DNA of 64,000 nucleotides, from NCBI GenBank assembly GCA_002633005.1, contig NMRA01000067.1, positions 154,752 to 218,751 on the forward strand, written 5' to 3'. This document shows positions 62,001 through 64,000 of the stretch, piece after piece. A model generated the notes under the pieces. The model was not told where the DNA came from and made no database searches. It saw only the letters and a program-made list of their open reading frames with translations. How positions within the stretch are numbered: the stretch's first letter is position 1; each line of letters begins with the position of its first letter. A program made the position numbers and the translations under genes. The stretch comes from Phoronis australis (Eukaryota; Animalia; Phoronida).

Positions 62001-63855
62001 GGTGATTAAAATGTACAAAACAGCAGTGCCGCAGTGTATACAAACTTTCAGTTCTGTTTTCATGCTGGTGGAAAACTAATTGTGGTCTTGGGTTAGATCA
62101 TATGGATTGAGAAAACATGATAACCAGTGTGTGTGAGTGTGATGCAGAATGATGAAGACAACCTAAAACAGATTGAAATAAATGAGAACCATAATGTTAT
62201 TATTATTAATTGCAAATCATTCTTATCTAATTTATTGTATTTCAGTTTGTGCCAGTAATTGTAATTTTATCTTATTATTCATCTCTAGGATGATGAAGAC
62301 ATAAAGAAGGTGTTCCTGCCGCCTATGGATCACTATGGTACCTACGGAACTTACCCCTCTCAAACCATGGATAATTCCAAGATCTACTTCGTCAACCAAG
62401 GGGCTAGCACCTACCTGGATGACTCTGTGGTGGGAGCGCCCACCAACTGGCCTCAGCCTCAGGTGGAAAGTAAGTCTGTGTTGACCATAAAGCCAGGCCA
62501 TGTACAGTTTTAGTCCACATTTTGTAACAATTCAGGATGGTTCTTGGATGTGTTGGAAAAGCAGGAAATGACAAAGTTTCAATGCATGGGAGACTAGTAG
62601 AGATGACCTAAGGATAAAATTGCGTGGAAGTACTGGTAAGACAAAAAGCTCACAGTTTACCAGGTGTTCACTTCTGCTTGGTAACAATTAATTGCAAACA
62701 TTTACAGTTAGTCTGCTTTTTGTCAGAAAATGGAAATTATTTACTGGAAAACACGTGGGACACTAAGACACTTTGAATGGGAGCCTTGTTTAGGTGCAGG
62801 CCACCATCTGCAGTAACAAAGGATATCTATGACTTAACACTGGCATTCAAGTCGGTCATCTGAGTACAATATCATGTAAGGTAAAATCTCACCAATTTGG
62901 GACACAATATGGTGGACAGGTGAAATATTATTTTCTCGTTTTTTCACAAATGATGTCCAGTAAGAGAATGGCGTTATGCTTTATCCAAGCTTCTGCACCA
63001 TAGCTACCAACTGACATTGTGTTGAAAAATTGTCATCATTCACAACTGTGTCAGGTCATGAAAAACAAAAAGAGTGTAATTTTGGCAATTATTTTTGTCT
63101 GAAATGGGTGAGATTGTATTGTATTATGTTTTGAGTACGGACCAGCAAATAAGTCTTTGACACCCATTAGACTTGCGTGCTTCCAACTTCTCTTTCTGTC
63201 AGTCCGTCACAACTCACTTCCATACCGAGGGTTCAGGTCTAGTGGTGTGATCCGCTGTCATTGTCTAGGTACTGTGTGGTCACAACGTGTTGTGAAACTG
63301 GTGGTTTTTGGGTTGAACTTACTTTTTTTTTTGTTTGCACTGCGTAGTTTTGGCGTTGGTGATCAGTTGTGTTATCAATCAGTGGTTTGGACTGTGTGGT
63401 ATTGTGGTAGTGTGCCTGACTTAAGTTTGTGACTTGGTGTGTGTTTGTGTGTGTTTGTGTAATCTGTAGTTTTCAAAATGGTCTGGACTAATGTGGAGTG
63501 GACCTCTATCAAACTGTGCCGAACTTTGATATACTTTTTACCAAAATTATTTAAAACTGAACTGGAATATTTGTTGTTATAAAATAGCACTTTTGTTGAA
63601 CTTCACTCTGACAATTAAAACCCAACTCATAATATATTTTAGATATTAAAAGTATTTAACAAAAGGTTCAACGGAACTGTAGTATGTCGTATGGGAGACT
63701 TTGTAACAGTTTGTTATATATTTGTTACAGGTCCGTATAAGTCGAGTACTTTGCCCAGATCTCCTCTAAGTCCAGGCCAGTATGATGAAGATATCTATGC
63801 AGACCAGCTGAGGAGGGCCACTAAGACCATGGGGAGCAAGCCAGATGTACAAAAG
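28832..63855 (+). CDS. NPHS1: Nephrin-like (Sns/Hibris/SYG-2 subfamily) IgSF adhesion receptor, 19 visible coding exons, 3' end outside window
   Basis: Hand-spliced exons with GT-AG sites and matching phases (except the exon 10 acceptor, lost at an N) give SP + 9 Ig + FN3 + TM + Tyr-rich tail. Ig1 (VQWTRNGVALG-SVRTIPGLPRY...DDAVFECQV), CxxxGGNPLA and SNPxSxxTW Ig motifs and FN3 WLPGFDGG are typical of the nephrin/Sns family. Orthology is inferred from architecture, not from a search. Confidence 0.88.
29559..29669. repeat. Near-tandem duplication, about 50 bp x2
   Basis: GGTGACATTATGTACTGATTTAGACATCT..CATCTTTCATTGT occurs twice. Confidence 0.85.
29978..30001 (+). other. G-quadruplex-forming motif in intron 1
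   Basis: GGGGG-A-GGGGG-T-GGGGG-A-GGGGGG. Confidence 0.7.
33937..34030. repeat. Tandem repeat, 31-bp unit x3
   Basis: Unit AAGGGGCTCAACGTATTGAAAACAGGAACAA. Confidence 0.9.
34265..34730 (+). repeat. Old dispersed repeat (DNA-transposon-like)
   Basis: Collinear similarity with 55970-56395 (TTTTCTGAA.GTAGA, GG.CATGTGACCATG, ATGCAAAAGT, CAATTCCTAA, AAGTTTGCCA) and weaker similarity with about 9660-9920. Confidence 0.55.
35267..35456. repeat. Tandem duplication, about 94 bp x2
   Basis: TGGTCTACTTCCAATCCCTTGTGAGAAGTATAGTTACTCTCAGG...CCATGTA occurs twice. Confidence 0.9.
40540..40820 (+). repeat. Dispersed repeat, uninterrupted copy of the sequence flanking 25251-25581
   Basis: TTTCGAAAT..TATTTCAGGAAAAA..GGATTAATT..CCTGCTGAC and ATTTGGTGAAATTCAGAATAC..ATTAAAATTTT..CACTAAATTT match 25120-25237 and 25630-25775. 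Confidence 0.65.
41640..42000 (+). mobile_element. Possible highly decayed non-LTR retrotransposon RT fragment
   Basis: Broken frames read LFCSGLKS..IG..TSDHI/ILH..QG..LF..NDL, in the order of LINE RT motifs; heavily degraded. Confidence 0.3.
45348..45406. repeat. Tandem duplication, about 29 bp x2
   Basis: CTAATTATCCATCAGTATTATCCGACCC occurs twice. Confidence 0.85.
46354..46855. mobile_element. hAT-like MITE, CpG-rich (young)
   Basis: TIRs CAGGGCTTGGAAT...ATTCCAAGCCCTG; flanking direct repeat TTTTAT (TGTTTTAT if overlapping the terminal TG); subterminal TTCCGCG repeats. Confidence 0.85.
48842..49024 (+). CDS. NPHS1: Nephrin-like exon 2: C-half of Ig1
   Basis: Acceptor TATTGTAG|GG; GSVRTIPGLPRYVMLGDDASGVFDLQISSVKLKSDDAVFECQVAPAGGDPAIKHSAKLSVQ; donor CAAG|GTAAAA. 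Confidence 0.92.
49512..49856 (+). CDS. NPHS1: Nephrin-like exon 3: Ig2
   Basis: TTTCAG|TA; VPPSSVTIEG...LTCSAPGAKPAAELKWY...DNGKEFKCEASHP...LNVL; donor T|GTAAGT. Confidence 0.93.
50110..50400 (+). CDS. NPHS1: Nephrin-like exon 4: Ig3
   Basis: TTTTCAG|AC; YPPSNPIITGY...LTCTANGGNPLAQVHWYKNG...DNKAVYRCEVSN...LDVY; donor T|GTAAGT. Confidence 0.93.
50922..51221 (+). CDS. NPHS1: Nephrin-like exon 5: Ig4
   Basis: TTGCAG|AT; YTPEKVTISG...LSCATTPSNPGSSITWF...AEYHCHATN...LDVY; donor T|GTAAGT. Confidence 0.93.
51676..51801 (+). CDS. NPHS1: Nephrin-like exon 6: N-half of Ig5
   Basis: TTTCAG|TC; FPPPNPPIITG...LTCQSFGGNPLATVTWWK; donor AAAG|GTAAAT. Confidence 0.92.
52170..52337 (+). CDS. NPHS1: Nephrin-like exon 7: C-half of Ig5
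   Basis: TTCAG|GA; GNTQVEGG...SDNLADYRCNVTN...TLHVI; donor T|GTACGT. Confidence 0.9.
52500..52755 (-). repeat. Dispersed repeat, inverted copy of about 2165-2400
   Basis: AGACCAGGACCAATTATGCTTTTTGG is the reverse complement (1 mismatch) of CCAAAAAGCATAATTGGTACTGGTCT at about 2174-2199, with weaker similarity extending further. Confidence 0.5.
52980..53175 (+). CDS. NPHS1: Nephrin-like exon 8: N-part of Ig6
   Basis: TTCCAG|TC; FHPSEVFVIP...ITCKSGSSNPASTLTWLKNG...YGGVASLS; phase-2 donor TA|GTAAGA removes the apparent TAG stop. Confidence 0.9.
53476..53585 (+). CDS. NPHS1: Nephrin-like exon 9: C-part of Ig6
   Basis: TTACAG|T completes Tyr; YLSIRPSAADDKMEYGCRASNREMGRSTEDAIKLDVT; donor T|GTAAGT. 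Confidence 0.9.
53858..54082 (+). CDS. NPHS1: Nephrin-like exon 10: Ig7, 5' part missing at assembly N (53857)
   Basis: After the N: xKANPVPSSYTWYKGAEKLKLKPMRRRRELELKHFTATGALLNITGVKKEDAADYFCEATNSEGTTKFKFQLDVQ; donor T|GTATGT. There is an in-frame TAA just upstream of the N. Confidence 0.85.
54314..54542. mobile_element. Old TTAA-type MITE family
   Basis: TTAAAGTAAAATCTCACCAATTTGGGACA...TGTCCTGAATTGGTAAGG; related ends at 62877-63120 and near 23764, 27345 and 38812. Confidence 0.55.
54830..55117 (+). CDS. NPHS1: Nephrin-like exon 11: Ig8
   Basis: TTACAG|AC; YPAVISA...LECQVDSNP...VSWSREG...DTGNFTCTANNKIG...LIIK; donor T|GTAAGT. Confidence 0.93.
55433..55551 (+). CDS. NPHS1: Nephrin-like exon 12: N-half of Ig9
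   Basis: GACAG|AT; YAPEIAKSVQYSKSAAEINDKGKVICRAEGAPPPVFTWSK; donor AAG|GTGAGT, phase 0. Confidence 0.92.
56446..56632 (+). CDS. NPHS1: Nephrin-like exon 13: C-half of Ig9
   Basis: TTGCAG|AAA; KGVVLRG...SILTVYNVTWNDYSDYECIAKNELGQD...LDGT; donor A|GTAAGT. Confidence 0.92.
58838..59023 (+). CDS. NPHS1: Nephrin-like exon 14: N-part of FN3
   Basis: CCATCAG|GT; SAPDPPTHIQFVNSTHNSITLKWLPGFDGGIEQSFMVRY...YTVT; donor CAG|GTAGGA. Confidence 0.93.
59396..59491 (+). CDS. NPHS1: Nephrin-like exon 15: C-part of FN3
   Basis: TTGTAG|GT; GLEHNTEYEITVRGHNPKGDS...AKT (FN3 LxxxTxY motif); donor CAG|GTAGTG. Confidence 0.92.
60147..60223. repeat. Tandem repeat, 25-bp unit x3
   Basis: GGGCTTAGGCAACTTGACCCACGTG-like unit, adjacent to a Harbinger-like MITE fragment. 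Confidence 0.85.
60529..60684 (+). CDS. NPHS1: Nephrin-like exon 16: transmembrane helix and basic stop-transfer
   Basis: TTTCAG|CT; AELPDPEE...VPLVIILSVTIVGVLLLILNIFLIMFFI-RRKRKNKMDK; donor AAAG|GTACGT. Confidence 0.93.
61315..61469 (+). CDS. NPHS1: Nephrin-like exon 17: cytoplasmic tail (not in ORF track)
   Basis: TTCTTTTAG|AC; DSTDGSSQNNTIEMYSTSTGPAYPPSVDDTKSYTTYDKSIDDYPDEFGRPYD; donor GAT|GTAAGT; phases fit both neighbours. Confidence 0.88.
62289..62469 (+). CDS. NPHS1: Nephrin-like exon 18: cytoplasmic tail
   Basis: CTCTAG|GAT; DDEDIKKVFLPPMDHYGTYGTYPSQ...WPQPQVE; donor A|GTAAGT, phase 1. Confidence 0.87.
63203..63268 (+). CDS. Candidate alternative cassette exon in the nephrin-like tail
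   Basis: Long pyrimidine tract TTCTCTTTCTGTCAG| is a phase-1 acceptor; in-frame IRHNSLPYRGFRSSG...; phase-1 donors are possible after 63241, 63244 or 63268 but all are weak. Confidence 0.35.
63731..63855 (+). CDS. NPHS1: Nephrin-like exon 19: cytoplasmic tail, gene continues beyond window
   Basis: TTACAG|GT; SPYKSSTLPRSPLSPGQYDEDIYADQLRRATKTMGSKPDVQK; donor AAG|GTGAGC. Confidence 0.87.
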
Positions 63856-64000
63856 GTGAGCACTGTCACCAAGTAAAACTATATTTGTGTAATACGATTG
63901 TCAAATACTATTGTTGTATACAAAAATTGTATCGTGTGAACAAGTGCTGTAATTGGATTTTGGTTATCAGATGCTGTAGACAATCTGTTGTCTGATTTCA

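Overview
Animal genomic DNA, AT-rich with GT-AG introns and probably from an invertebrate bilaterian; it contains no prokaryotic genes, CRISPR arrays or rRNA. The main feature is a + strand nephrin/Sns/Hibris/SYG-2-type cell-adhesion receptor gene. I can splice 19 coding exons by hand (28832-63855, continuing past the window end), giving signal peptide, 9 Ig domains, 1 FN3 domain, a TM helix and a Tyr-rich cytoplasmic tail. Intron 1 is about 19.8 kb and splits Ig1, and the 5' part of the Ig7 exon is lost at an assembly N (53857). Base skew flips from A/C-rich to T/G-rich at a CpG-richer island around 12.9-14.8 kb. There a - strand exon (13223-13125) encodes a signal-peptide-like sequence ending in a strong donor, which suggests a head-to-head partner gene. 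By analogy to vertebrate NPHS1/KIRREL2 the partner could be Kirre/Neph/SYG-1, but this is unproven here. An intact MITE sits in this putative bidirectional promoter. The rest is introns containing MITEs, a THAP-bearing Kolobok-like relic, a tRNA-derived SINE and short tandem repeats. The best leads are the divergent gene pair, an RRRR furin-like site inside Ig7 and a candidate cassette exon adding a 14-3-3 motif to the tail. I cannot demonstrate a wholly new biological system from this sequence alone.
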